The notes beneath the pieces are model-generated. The model was not told the origin of the DNA, did no database searches, and worked only from the letters and a program-made list of their open reading frames with translations. A program made the translations under genes and the position numbers. This document shows, one piece after another, positions 48,791-57,572 of a stretch of 64,000 nucleotides of DNA. The DNA comes from Gemmatimonadota bacterium (lineage in GTDB: Bacteria; Gemmatimonadota; Gemmatimonadetes; Longimicrobiales; Gaopeijiaceae). The stretch lies in contig JBDHHQ010000021.1 in assembly GCA_039589315.1 (NCBI GenBank), forward strand, positions 1 to 64,000, given 5' to 3'. How positions within the stretch are numbered: the stretch's first letter is position 1; each line of letters starts with the position of its first letter.

Positions 48791-50302
48791 ATGACACAAG
48801 CTGCTACGACCGCGCCGACCGATCGCGCGCCCACCGGACTCATCCGGGAGCTGGGGCTGCTGGGCCTGGCCGCCACCGGCATCTGCTCGATGCTGGGGGC
48901 CGCTATCAACGTCATCCCCATCATGATCCACCGGAGCGTCCCGGGGATCGGCCCCAATGTGCTACCCGCCTACCTTTACGGCGCCCTCCCGGCGATCCTC
49001 GCAGCGCTGGCGTACGCAATCCTCGCCTCGGCCATGCCACGGGCAGGCGGGAGCTACGTGTACGCCAGTCGAGCGCTCCACCCTTATCTGGGCTTCGTCG
49101 CCAGTTTCTCCCAGTGGTTCGGCTTGTGCATCGCCATCGGGGTGGTCTCGTACGTAGTCGTGCCGTTCCTGCGGGACATAGCCGCGGCGCTCGAGATGAG
49201 TGGCCTGGCAGCCACGCTGGACGCGGGGCCGGCCCGAGTGGGGATCGCCCTCGCGTTCCTTTGGACCTTCGTAGGCGTCAACCTCCGGGGTGTGAAGCTC
49301 TACGAACGAACGCTGGTCCCACTCATGTTCCTCATGTTCGCTCTGGGGAGCATCGTGATCGTGGCGGGGTTCTCGTTCGACCACGCCGACTTCGCCGCGG
49401 CGCTCGCCGCGCGGGAGGGCGCCCAAGTCCCTGCCGATCCCGGCACGCCCTTCCGTCTGGGTCCGTTCCTGGCCGCGGCGGCGCTGCTGTTCTCGAGCTT
49501 CATCGGGTTCGACTCCATCGCCCAGGCCGGCGGCGAGGCAAGGAACCCCAATCGGGCCCTGCCCCTGGCGATCGGCATTGCCGTCGCCACGGTGGGCACC
49601 TTCTACATCCTCTTCACGGCGGCCGTGTACCACGCCGTCCCGTGGACCTTCGTGGCCGAGCGCGCGCAGGAGACGGACCTGACGGCCCCCGGGCTGTTGG
49701 GCTACGTGCTCCCCACCGGTTGGACCGTGGCGATCGTGGCCGGCGCCGCCATTGCCCTGATCAACGACCTCCCGGCCATGCTCCTGGCCGTCTCCCGGCT
49801 CATGTTCGCCTGGGCCGAGGACGGGATCTTCCCGAAGCAGGTGGCGAAGGTGCACGCGCGACGCCACACCCCACACGTGGCCATCGTGGCCAGCGGGCTC
49901 ATGGCTTCGGTGGGGATCCTGGGAAGCCACTTCGCCGGGGACTTCTTCCTGGGCGTGGACATCCTGGTCACGTCGATGCTGGTGAACTTCCTGCTGATGT
50001 GCCTCTCGGTCTTGATCCTGCCGCGGCGGAATCCCGAGTTGGCCGCCGAGGTCCGGGTGATCGGGTCCCGGCGGGGGCAGGTGCCCATCGCGGTCGGTGG
50101 CGTCGTGCTCCTGGGCATCTTCCTGGTCGTGCACGTCGTGAAGGACATGGGGGCTCCGGTGGAGGCGTGGTACTTCCGCTCCACGTGGCTCTGGATCCTG
50201 GTGATGGCGCTCGCCAGCGTGGTGTTCCTGAGGGAGTGGCGGGCGCTGGAGGCGAGCGGGGTGGACGTGAAGGCTCGGTTCGCCGAGCTGCCACCGGAGT
50301 AG
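48791..50302 (+). CDS. APC-family amino acid permease
   Basis: SAMPRAGGSYVY, FIGFDSIAQAGGEARNP, SRLMFAWAEDGIFP, TPHVAI; about 12 TM. Confidence 0.9.
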   Translation: MTQAATTAPTDRAPTGLIRELGLLGLAATGICSMLGAAINVIPIMIHRSVPGIGPNVLPAYLYGALPAILAALAYAILASAMPRAGGSYVYASRALHPYLGFVASFSQWFGLCIAIGVVSYVVVPFLRDIAAALEMSGLAATLDAGPARVGIALAFLWTFVGVNLRGVKLYERTLVPLMFLMFALGSIVIVAGFSFDHADFAAALAAREGAQVPADPGTPFRLGPFLAAAALLFSSFIGFDSIAQAGGEARNPNRALPLAIGIAVATVGTFYILFTAAVYHAVPWTFVAERAQETDLTAPGLLGYVLPTGWTVAIVAGAAIALINDLPAMLLAVSRLMFAWAEDGIFPKQVAKVHARRHTPHVAIVASGLMASVGILGSHFAGDFFLGVDILVTSMLVNFLLMCLSVLILPRRNPELAAEVRVIGSRRGQVPIAVGGVVLLGIFLVVHVVKDMGAPVEAWYFRSTWLWILVMALASVVFLREWRALEASGVDVKARFAELPPE

Positions 50303-50440
50303 AGGGGACGTGTTCATGAAGATACCACCTGCCAGGGCGTGCAGAGTCGGCCTCACACCGGACATGGTCCCTGTCCGGGCTCCCGCCGCACCGGGCACAG
50401 GATCCGCCTCGGGTGGGCGCCAGGGGCGGGCGCGCTGACC

Positions 50441-51541
50441 GTGTCGGATTCTACCCGTCCCTCCGACACCGCCGCGGGCTTCGAGGTCAACGCGGACTTC
50501 CGCCGCTTCAACCAGAAGAACGACGTCTTCTGCCGCTCCTTCTGGGATCCGACGGTCCGGTCGGGCCGTTCCGGCCTCTTCTACCAGTCCTACCGCACTC
50601 CGCTGATCGAGTGGAAGAAGGTGGAGGGCTTCACCCAGCGGGACTACGCGCTCCGGAACGCCGCCTGGCACGTGACGGACATCTTCGCCGAGCTCAAGGA
50701 GGACGGGGACCGGCGAGAGGGCTTCCTGGATGAGTACACCGTTCTACGGGATGGCCCGGACCAGAAAGTCGACGTCGAATCGCCCGAGGCCATGGCCACC
50801 GAGATCAAGCACGTGGCCAAGACATTCGGCGCCGACCTGGTCGGGATCACCGACTTCGACGAGCGGTGGATCTACACCCGGAAGTACTCGCGCCAGCGGG
50901 AGAACGAGAAGCCCCAGGAGATTCCGGGCGATCTCACCAACGTCATCGTCATCGCCCAGTCCATGGACCGGGACCTGATCCGCACGGTGCCCTCGGCGCT
51001 CAGCGGCACTGCAACCGGGCTCGGATACGCCCACGACACCGTGGTACTACTTGGCCTCACTCAGTACATCCTGAACCTGGGCTACCGGGCCGTGGCCAGC
51101 ATGAACGACTCGGCGCTGGCGATCCCGTATGCCCTGAAAGCCGGCCTGGGGGAGTACGGGCGCCACGGCCTGGTGATCACCGAGGAGTTCGGGCCGCGCG
51201 TTCGCTTCGGCAAGATCTTCACCGATCTGCCTCTGGCCCACGACAGCCCGAAGCGCTTCGGTGTGAAGGAGTTCTGCGAGGTGTGCCGGGCGTGCACGGA
51301 TGCGTGCCCGGCGAATGCAATACCAGGCGGCACGCCCAGCACGGAGGTCCACAACATCTCGAACATCCGGGGAGTGAAGAAGTGGACCGTCGATGGAGAG
51401 AAGTGCTTCAGGTTCTGGGCGAACCAGAACAGCGACTGCTCGATCTGCGTGCGCGTCTGCCCCTACAACCGGGACTATGGCAAGCTCTCCAGAAACGGTG
51501 AAGTGCGGCGCAGCCGAGGACTCGCGTCGCCGATGCGGTAA
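50441..51541 (+). CDS. Reductive dehalogenase (RdhA)-like cobalamin / 2x[4Fe-4S] protein
   Basis: IKHVAKTFGADLVGIT, YALKAGLGEYGRHGLVITEEFGPRVRFGKIFTDLPL, FCEVCRACTDACP, KC...W...DCSICVRVCPYN. Start estimated at GTG 50441. Confidence 0.85.
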   Translation: MSDSTRPSDTAAGFEVNADFRRFNQKNDVFCRSFWDPTVRSGRSGLFYQSYRTPLIEWKKVEGFTQRDYALRNAAWHVTDIFAELKEDGDRREGFLDEYTVLRDGPDQKVDVESPEAMATEIKHVAKTFGADLVGITDFDERWIYTRKYSRQRENEKPQEIPGDLTNVIVIAQSMDRDLIRTVPSALSGTATGLGYAHDTVVLLGLTQYILNLGYRAVASMNDSALAIPYALKAGLGEYGRHGLVITEEFGPRVRFGKIFTDLPLAHDSPKRFGVKEFCEVCRACTDACPANAIPGGTPSTEVHNISNIRGVKKWTVDGEKCFRFWANQNSDCSICVRVCPYNRDYGKLSRNGEVRRSRGLASPMR

Positions 51542-51644
51542 CCCGTGGCGGATAGGACGCCAGGGGGAGGCGGATCGGACGACACGCGGCGCAATCGGGC
51601 AATGCCCTGTGCTGCGCGAGAGAAACCTGACCACGGAGCATCGA

Positions 51645-53399
51645 ATGCCGGGGAGACGTACGGGGATCTTCGACGGGACTTCCGCGATGGGCATCGTGGT
51701 CGCTCTGGTATCGTTCTGGGTCTGCGCCACGTCCGCGCAGGCTTCCTCTAGCGCAATGGACGGGGGGGCCGCGGCGGCAACGATCCCGTCCAGCGTGGCA
51801 ACGAATCCGTCAGTGGCGGTTGCCGGCGAGGCCGGGTCAACACCTCCAGCGCCCGCAGTGGTGACCCCGACGGCGGACGCCTCGGGCGACACGATCCCGC
51901 TCTACGGCAACCTGGGGCCTCACACCCGGCCGATCACGACCTCGTCCCCGTTGGCGCAAGCGTACTTCGATCAGGCCAAGCAGCTGACGTTCGCCTACGG
52001 CCACTCCGAGGCGTTGCCCTCCTTCAAGGAAGCCCAGCGCCAAGATCCCGAGTGCGCCATGTGCTTCTGGGGCGAGGCCTGGGCCAACGGGCCCTACCTC
52101 AATTCGGGGATGGACGAGGAAGAGGGGATCGCGGCGAATGCCGCGATCCAAAGGGCAATGGAGCTGCGGCACGCTGGCACTGACGTCGAGAAGGCCCTCA
52201 TCGAGGCCATGGCCACCCGGTACGTTGCCGAGCCCACCCAAGCCAACCGCGCTCCCCTCGACAGCGCCTACGCCGACGCCATGAGGGACGTGGTTCGGAG
52301 ATTTCCCAACGACCTGGACGCCGGCAGCCTACTGGGGGAGGCGCTGATGCTCTTGGCTCCGCGGCGGTTCTGGGACGAATACGGAGACCCGAACCCTGGC
52401 GTGGAGGAGATGGTGGCGGTCCTCGAGAGCGTCCTGGCCCGGGACATCAAGCACCCCGGGGCTTGCCATCACTACATCCACCTCGTGGAGGCGTCTCCCA
52501 CGCCGGAGCGGGCCGAAGCCTGTGCCGACCACCTCGGCAGCGCCATTCCCGGCGCCAGCCACATCAACCACATGCCGTCCCACATCTACATGAACATCGG
52601 GCGCTACGGCGACGCGGTGAAGGCCAACCAGCAGGCCTGGCACACGGACCTCAAGGCTGCTTACGGCGGTCCTCCCGGGATCTACCCGACCCACAATCTC
52701 CATATGATGCTGTTCGGGGCCTGGCTGGACGGACAGAGCGCGGTGGCGATGCAAGCCGCGCGAGACCTGGCCCGGATCGCGGAGAATTCGGCCTTCTACG
52801 TTCCGGTGGCGCTGGTACGTTTCGGGCGCTGGGACGAAGTGCTGGAGTTGCCCGACGGTCCCGACACGCCGTTCCAGCGGGCGTTGTGGGACTTCAGCCG
52901 TGGGATGGCCACGCTTCGGCTCGGAGACGCCCAGGCGGCCCGTACGCACCTGACCGAGGTGGATCGGGTCGTGGACGAGCTGCCGGACTCCATGAGTCGG
53001 AGCTTCCGCCGTCACAAGCAGCGGGACCTGCTCCTCATGGCTCGTGGGGTTCTCTCCGGTGAGATCGACGCCTCGGAGGGCCGTTACGATCAGGCCATCG
53101 AGGCCCTGCGCGCCGCTGCCACCGTGGAGGACAACCTCGCCTACGACGAGCCCGAGCCTTGGCCCATCCCCGTGCGTCACGTGCTGGGCGCGGTCCTCCT
53201 GGAGGCGGGTTGGCCGTCCGAAGCGGAAGTGGAATACAAGAAGGAGCTGGACCACCACAAGGAGAACGGTTGGTCGCTGTTCGGCTTGGCTCAGAGTCTC
53301 GAGGCGCAGGACAGGAACGACGAGGCGGGGGAGGTCTGGCAGCGCTTCGAGCGCGCCTGGGGCCGGTCCGACCTGTGGATTCGGTCGTCACGTTTCTGA
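51645..53399 (+). CDS. Exported TPR-repeat protein with histidine cluster
   Basis: AQAYFDQ, DPECAMCFWGEAWANGP, HPGACHHYIH, HINHMPSHIY, RFGRWDE, YDEPEPW, NGWSLFGL. Confidence 0.8.
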   Translation: MPGRRTGIFDGTSAMGIVVALVSFWVCATSAQASSSAMDGGAAAATIPSSVATNPSVAVAGEAGSTPPAPAVVTPTADASGDTIPLYGNLGPHTRPITTSSPLAQAYFDQAKQLTFAYGHSEALPSFKEAQRQDPECAMCFWGEAWANGPYLNSGMDEEEGIAANAAIQRAMELRHAGTDVEKALIEAMATRYVAEPTQANRAPLDSAYADAMRDVVRRFPNDLDAGSLLGEALMLLAPRRFWDEYGDPNPGVEEMVAVLESVLARDIKHPGACHHYIHLVEASPTPERAEACADHLGSAIPGASHINHMPSHIYMNIGRYGDAVKANQQAWHTDLKAAYGGPPGIYPTHNLHMMLFGAWLDGQSAVAMQAARDLARIAENSAFYVPVALVRFGRWDEVLELPDGPDTPFQRALWDFSRGMATLRLGDAQAARTHLTEVDRVVDELPDSMSRSFRRHKQRDLLLMARGVLSGEIDASEGRYDQAIEALRAAATVEDNLAYDEPEPWPIPVRHVLGAVLLEAGWPSEAEVEYKKELDHHKENGWSLFGLAQSLEAQDRNDEAGEVWQRFERAWGRSDLWIRSSRF

Positions 53400-53445
53400 C
53401 CCGAGGGATCCGACTCCGTATCGACTCCGGAAAGGACCACTGATC

Positions 53446-54270
53446 GTGCGACTCGATAGACCAGAGACCGCGGCGGCTCCGAGCCGAGGTGTCCCGCGAC
53501 GACGCTTCCTCGTGGACGTGTCGGCTGCGGCGGGGCTGCTGACGTGGGGAGTGGCAAGCGCCAGAAGGCTCGGCGCCGCCCCCGTGCCGCCGGATGCCGA
53601 CACCCGGATCCCGCACTCCGAGTCCCGGGCCCAGGAAGCCAGCTCCGGGATCGTCCTCCCCCAGTCCGGGGCGCAGGAAGCCAGTGCCCGGATCGTGCTC
53701 CCCGAACCGGGGCCCATGCTCCCACCCGTCCCCGCCGTGCTCCTCACGGTGCGAGGTAAGGACGAGGACCCGCACCACATTTCGGTAGTCTGGACGTTCG
53801 TCGTCAACGGCGACCCGCCCCAGATCGGCATCGCCCCCGGACACGAGCATGTGGCCGGAGAGCTCGTGGACCTGCATGGCGAGTTCGTGCTCAATGTGCC
53901 GACAACCAGGATGGTGGAGGGCTTCGACCGCGTGGACATGACCTCGTCCCGTGTGGGCGACAAGTTCACGCTGTCGGGCTTCACGGCGGGTCAGGCGGTC
54001 GCCGTGGATGCCCCCACCGTCGAGGAGTCCCCGATCCACGTGGAGTGCCGCGTGTTCGACCGCCACGAAGTGCCCCCCAGCCGTACCCTGTTCCTGGCCG
54101 ACGTCGTCGCAACCACGGTTCACGAGGGTGCTTGCGACGAGAACGGTCGCCTGATCGTGGAGAACGTGCCGTTCTTCGGCATGACCGCCGGCAGTGGCGA
54201 GTTCTACACGGTGGGCACGCGGGTGGGGAACATCGGCATGACCATGGGTCGCTCGGACATCAAGTACTGA
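53446..54270 (+). CDS. Flavin-reductase-like (DIM6/NTAB) protein with Tat-like signal
   Basis: PRRRFL plus hydrophobic stretch; PVPAVLLT, GEFVLNVP, DKF, APTVEESPIHVECRV. Confidence 0.8.
   Translation: MRLDRPETAAAPSRGVPRRRFLVDVSAAAGLLTWGVASARRLGAAPVPPDADTRIPHSESRAQEASSGIVLPQSGAQEASARIVLPEPGPMLPPVPAVLLTVRGKDEDPHHISVVWTFVVNGDPPQIGIAPGHEHVAGELVDLHGEFVLNVPTTRMVEGFDRVDMTSSRVGDKFTLSGFTAGQAVAVDAPTVEESPIHVECRVFDRHEVPPSRTLFLADVVATTVHEGACDENGRLIVENVPFFGMTAGSGEFYTVGTRVGNIGMTMGRSDIKY
53629..53712 (+). repeat. Degenerate in-frame 42-bp tandem duplication
   Basis: 53629-53670 versus 53671-53712, 33/42 identical; encodes AQEASSGIVLPQSG / AQEASARIVLPEPG. Confidence 0.8.
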
Positions 54271-54291
54271 GCCAGACTGGCCTCGGCCGTC

Positions 54292-56055
54292 ATGACGCTG
54301 CTCTTTCGCCGTCTCGTCCTGATCTTCGTGGCACTGTCCGCCACTGGCGCTTTGGTTTGGGTGGGCATGACGGTCGTCGCCGAGCAGCTGATCGACGCCG
54401 AGCTGCTGGAGCAGGTCTTGAACGGCGCCGTGGGTCCCGCCACGGACGGCCGGTACCGCGTCCAGGTCGATCACGTCGACGTGGCGCCGTGGAAGGGCGA
54501 CCTGACGGTGAACGGGATCCGCCTGCGACCCCAGGACTTCGGCACCAACGATCCGGACCCCGGTTTGGCACCCGCGCTCCGCTTTTCGATGGACGTGGGC
54601 ACCGTGTCCTTCGAGGGGGTGCAGATCGGTAGGCTGATCCTGGACCGGGACCTGGAGGCGGACGCGTTCACCATCCGGGCACCCCGCGTCGCTGTGATCC
54701 TCGTGGAGCGGGAGATCCCCCCGGTCATGGATGGAGCCGGCACGACGCCGGGTGATGAAGCTCGTGTCGAGGCACGCGGCGGTGAGGCGGCCGCGCCCAC
54801 GCCGGATTCGGCTGGCACCAGCCCGACGCTCCGTGAGGCCGTGGCTCAACAGCTGCGCCACATCCACGTTAGAACGGTGGCGATCGAAGACGTCGACGCG
54901 ACGATCGTCACGCTTCGCCGCGGCGGGGCCGGTCGCGGGGAGGCGCCCCTGAGGGAACGCGTGAGAGGGCTGTCGCTGACCTTCGACGACTTCCGCATCG
55001 ATCCGGGCGAAGCCGATTCCGAGGAGCGGTTTCTGTGGTCGGAGGATGTCCGGCTCGAGATGGACGCCATGGAGCTCAGCGGCGGTGAGCGAGCGGTGGT
55101 GAGCATCGGAGCCGTGTCCGCGTCGACCGCCGCGGGCTCGATCCACGTCGAGTCCTTCGCGCTGGATCCGACGCGCGCGGAGGCCGAGTACCTGGCCGGA
55201 CAGGGCCCCGGAGGCGATCGGGTCACCATGGCGACCGGCGCGGTGTCGGTGGAGGGACTCCAGTTCCATCGACTCACCCAGGACCTCGAAGCGGTGGCCC
55301 GGACGGTGCGGGTCGAGGGACTCACGCTGACGGTGCTGAGCGACAAGCACCGGCCCGGCAGTCCTCGCACGAGCCCGCCCACCATGCCCCACGACGTCAT
55401 GCGCGAGCTGCCCGTGGGCATCACGGTGGATACCGTGGAGATCGTGGACGGCTCCGTGACCTACTCGGAGCGAGGCCCACGGAGCCAGCGTCCGGGATCC
55501 GTCGCCTTCGCCGACGTCCAGGCCCGGCTCACCAACCTGACGAACGACCCGGCCCGCATCGCGTCCGACGGGCCGACCATGCTGGAGGCCGAAGCCCGCG
55601 CGTTCGACGCCGCTCCGGTGAGCGTCCGTGCCTCCATCCCCCTGCTCGCCCCCCCCCCGACCATGTTCTTCTTCGCCAGCGTGGGGCGCTTTCCCGCCGG
55701 GGCGGTGAACGCGATCCTGCCGGACCTGGAGGGAATCCGCGTGACGGCGGGCCGCGTCGACAGCGCCCGCGTGGACATCCGTTACCGGCCGGGCGGGGCT
55801 TCAGGTGCTGTCATGGTGGGATACGAGGATCTCTCGATCCGCCAGGAGGACCGGAACACCGGGAACCAGAACCTCGGGCAGAAGCTCACGAGCTTCCTGG
55901 CCAACACTTTCGTGATTCGCGGGAGCAACCGGCCGGACGACGGCAAGCCGCCGCGCCAGGGTCGGGTCGCCTACGAGGCTGATCCGAACGCACCCTTCTT
56001 CAAGATCTTCTGGGAAGCGATCCGCGAGGGTCTGATCGACGTGACAAAGCGCTGA
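54292..56055 (+). CDS. AsmA-like / DUF748-type membrane-anchored beta-rich protein
   Basis: N-terminal TM anchor; long beta-rich body; C-terminal YEDLSI...SFLANTFVIRGSN...PFFKIFWEAIREGL. Confidence 0.7.
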   Translation: MTLLFRRLVLIFVALSATGALVWVGMTVVAEQLIDAELLEQVLNGAVGPATDGRYRVQVDHVDVAPWKGDLTVNGIRLRPQDFGTNDPDPGLAPALRFSMDVGTVSFEGVQIGRLILDRDLEADAFTIRAPRVAVILVEREIPPVMDGAGTTPGDEARVEARGGEAAAPTPDSAGTSPTLREAVAQQLRHIHVRTVAIEDVDATIVTLRRGGAGRGEAPLRERVRGLSLTFDDFRIDPGEADSEERFLWSEDVRLEMDAMELSGGERAVVSIGAVSASTAAGSIHVESFALDPTRAEAEYLAGQGPGGDRVTMATGAVSVEGLQFHRLTQDLEAVARTVRVEGLTLTVLSDKHRPGSPRTSPPTMPHDVMRELPVGITVDTVEIVDGSVTYSERGPRSQRPGSVAFADVQARLTNLTNDPARIASDGPTMLEAEARAFDAAPVSVRASIPLLAPPPTMFFFASVGRFPAGAVNAILPDLEGIRVTAGRVDSARVDIRYRPGGASGAVMVGYEDLSIRQEDRNTGNQNLGQKLTSFLANTFVIRGSNRPDDGKPPRQGRVAYEADPNAPFFKIFWEAIREGLIDVTKR

Positions 56056-56118
56056 CGCACGGCTTTCCCGGAACGGCCAGGGCCTCCCGCACGCGGTACG
56101 CCGCCGCAGTCCCGCAGG

Positions 56119-56802
56119 TCAGTACGGCACGTCGATCGCCCTGCAGATGAAGCGCACGAGGCTCCCGCCGGCCTTGAAGGTGGCCGCCAGCTCGTCCGCG
56201 AATCCCGCGCTGGTCACGGCCTTCTGGCTCAGCCGCGTGACGCCGATGAAGTCCTTGCGCCGGAGGTCGTCGATCAGGGGGTGCTCGGGATCGACTCCCT
56301 TGGGTGCGCGCTTGAGGGCGTCGCCTTCCAGGTCGTAGAGGTTACGGAACCGCTTGCCCACGGCACGCTTCCAGGCGGTCGGGTCCTCTACGATGGCCTC
56401 CCGGATCTTGCGAAGCGTCGTCGAGTCGGGATGCCAGCTCCCCACCCCGCAGAAGACCTGGCCAGGCTCGAGGTGCAGGTAGAATCCCGGCGCGTACGCG
56501 TCCTTGCCCAGCTCGTGACGGAACTGGATGCCCGTGTGGGTCTTGTAGGGGCTCTTGTCCTTCGAGAAGCGGGTGTCCCGGTGGATTCTGAACAACGATC
56601 CACCCACGGCCCGGGGATCCGCCCGGAAGTGGGGGCTGATCTTCTCGAGTCGGGGACCGAAATCGGCGATCAGCTTGAGCGCCGGGTCCTTCACGTGCTG
56701 TTCGTAGCGACTCTTGTTGTCCTGGAACCACTCCCGATTGTTGTTCTCCGCCAGCTCCTTCAAGAAGGTGAAGAGCGAGGGTGTGAAGTAACGTTCCGCC
56801 AT
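56119..56802 (-). CDS. DUF2461 (TIGR02453) family protein
   Basis: FLKELAENNNREWF, FRIHRDTRFSKDKSPYKT, GFYLH, LKRAPKG, LRRKDF. Confidence 0.92.
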   Translation of the reverse strand: MAERYFTPSLFTFLKELAENNNREWFQDNKSRYEQHVKDPALKLIADFGPRLEKISPHFRADPRAVGGSLFRIHRDTRFSKDKSPYKTHTGIQFRHELGKDAYAPGFYLHLEPGQVFCGVGSWHPDSTTLRKIREAIVEDPTAWKRAVGKRFRNLYDLEGDALKRAPKGVDPEHPLIDDLRRKDFIGVTRLSQKAVTSAGFADELAATFKAGGSLVRFICRAIDVPY

Positions 56803-57158
56803 TGTTCCCTACCCGGTCAGAGGTCGGCCCCATTTAGGTCCGGCGCGTGAGGCAAGCAGCTCGGCGGGCGCGCCAGGACGGGATCATGCGACGTGGGCCC
56901 GGGCGACGCCAGGGCCGAAGGGGCGGTGTGAGATTCGATGCGTCGACGCCGTTCGCCGACTACCCACGGCTCTACCGTCGGGCCCGTATGGCAGATATTC
57001 GCGCTCCGCCCCGGGCACGACTGTGCAGAGAAGCGACGGAGCGTCTCCGGAGTGGACGCCGGACGGCGACCACGTCGTGGCGGAGCCCTCTCTCCCCTGC
57101 GTGGGGGCGGCCGTGAAACCCTCAGCAAACAGAGCCCGTAGGGCCAGTGTCACAACTA

Positions 57159-57210
57159 CTGGAGAATAGGACTAATCCGTCTCGATCAGTCCTGGAATAT
57201 AGGACTGATC
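57159..57210. promoter_or_regulatory. Putative PadR operator (inverted plus direct repeat)
   Basis: GATCAGTCCT-N7-AGGACTGATC (57184-57210); 19-mer direct repeat at 57159 and 57192 (16/19 identical). Confidence 0.65.
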
Positions 57211-57242
57211 AGCGGGCACCGACCCTCTACGGAGCGACGCAA

Positions 57243-57572
57243 ATGCGAAAGGGGCTGGGCGAGTTCGAGCACCTCCTGCTCCTGGCCGTGATGCGGTTGG
57301 GAGACGAAGCGTACGGGGTCACCATGCGCCGGGAGATCGAAGCCCGAACCGGACGCTCCGTTTCCCTCGGGGCCATCTACCCCTCCATGGACCGGCTCGA
57401 GGAGCGTGGGTTGGTGTCGTCCCGCATGGGGCCCCCCACGGGCGAGCGCGGCGGAAGGAGCCGGCGCTACTTCCGCCTGGAGCCCGCCGGCGAACGGGCG
57501 ATTCGGGCTACGCGGGACATGCTCGCGTCCATGTGGGACGGCCACGAGGCCTATCTGGGATCCGACCGGTGA
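57243..57572 (+). CDS. PadR-family transcriptional regulator
   Basis: LGEFEHLLLLAV, AYGVTM, GAIYPSMDRLEERG, ERGGRSRRYF. Confidence 0.92.
   Translation: MRKGLGEFEHLLLLAVMRLGDEAYGVTMRREIEARTGRSVSLGAIYPSMDRLEERGLVSSRMGPPTGERGGRSRRYFRLEPAGERAIRATRDMLASMWDGHEAYLGSDR

Noticed and set aside
50303..50440. Cobalamin riboswitch upstream of the RdhA-like gene
   Set aside because: Only a short ACCTGCC resemblance; no GGGAA, GCCACTG or B12-box arrangement, and the space is short.
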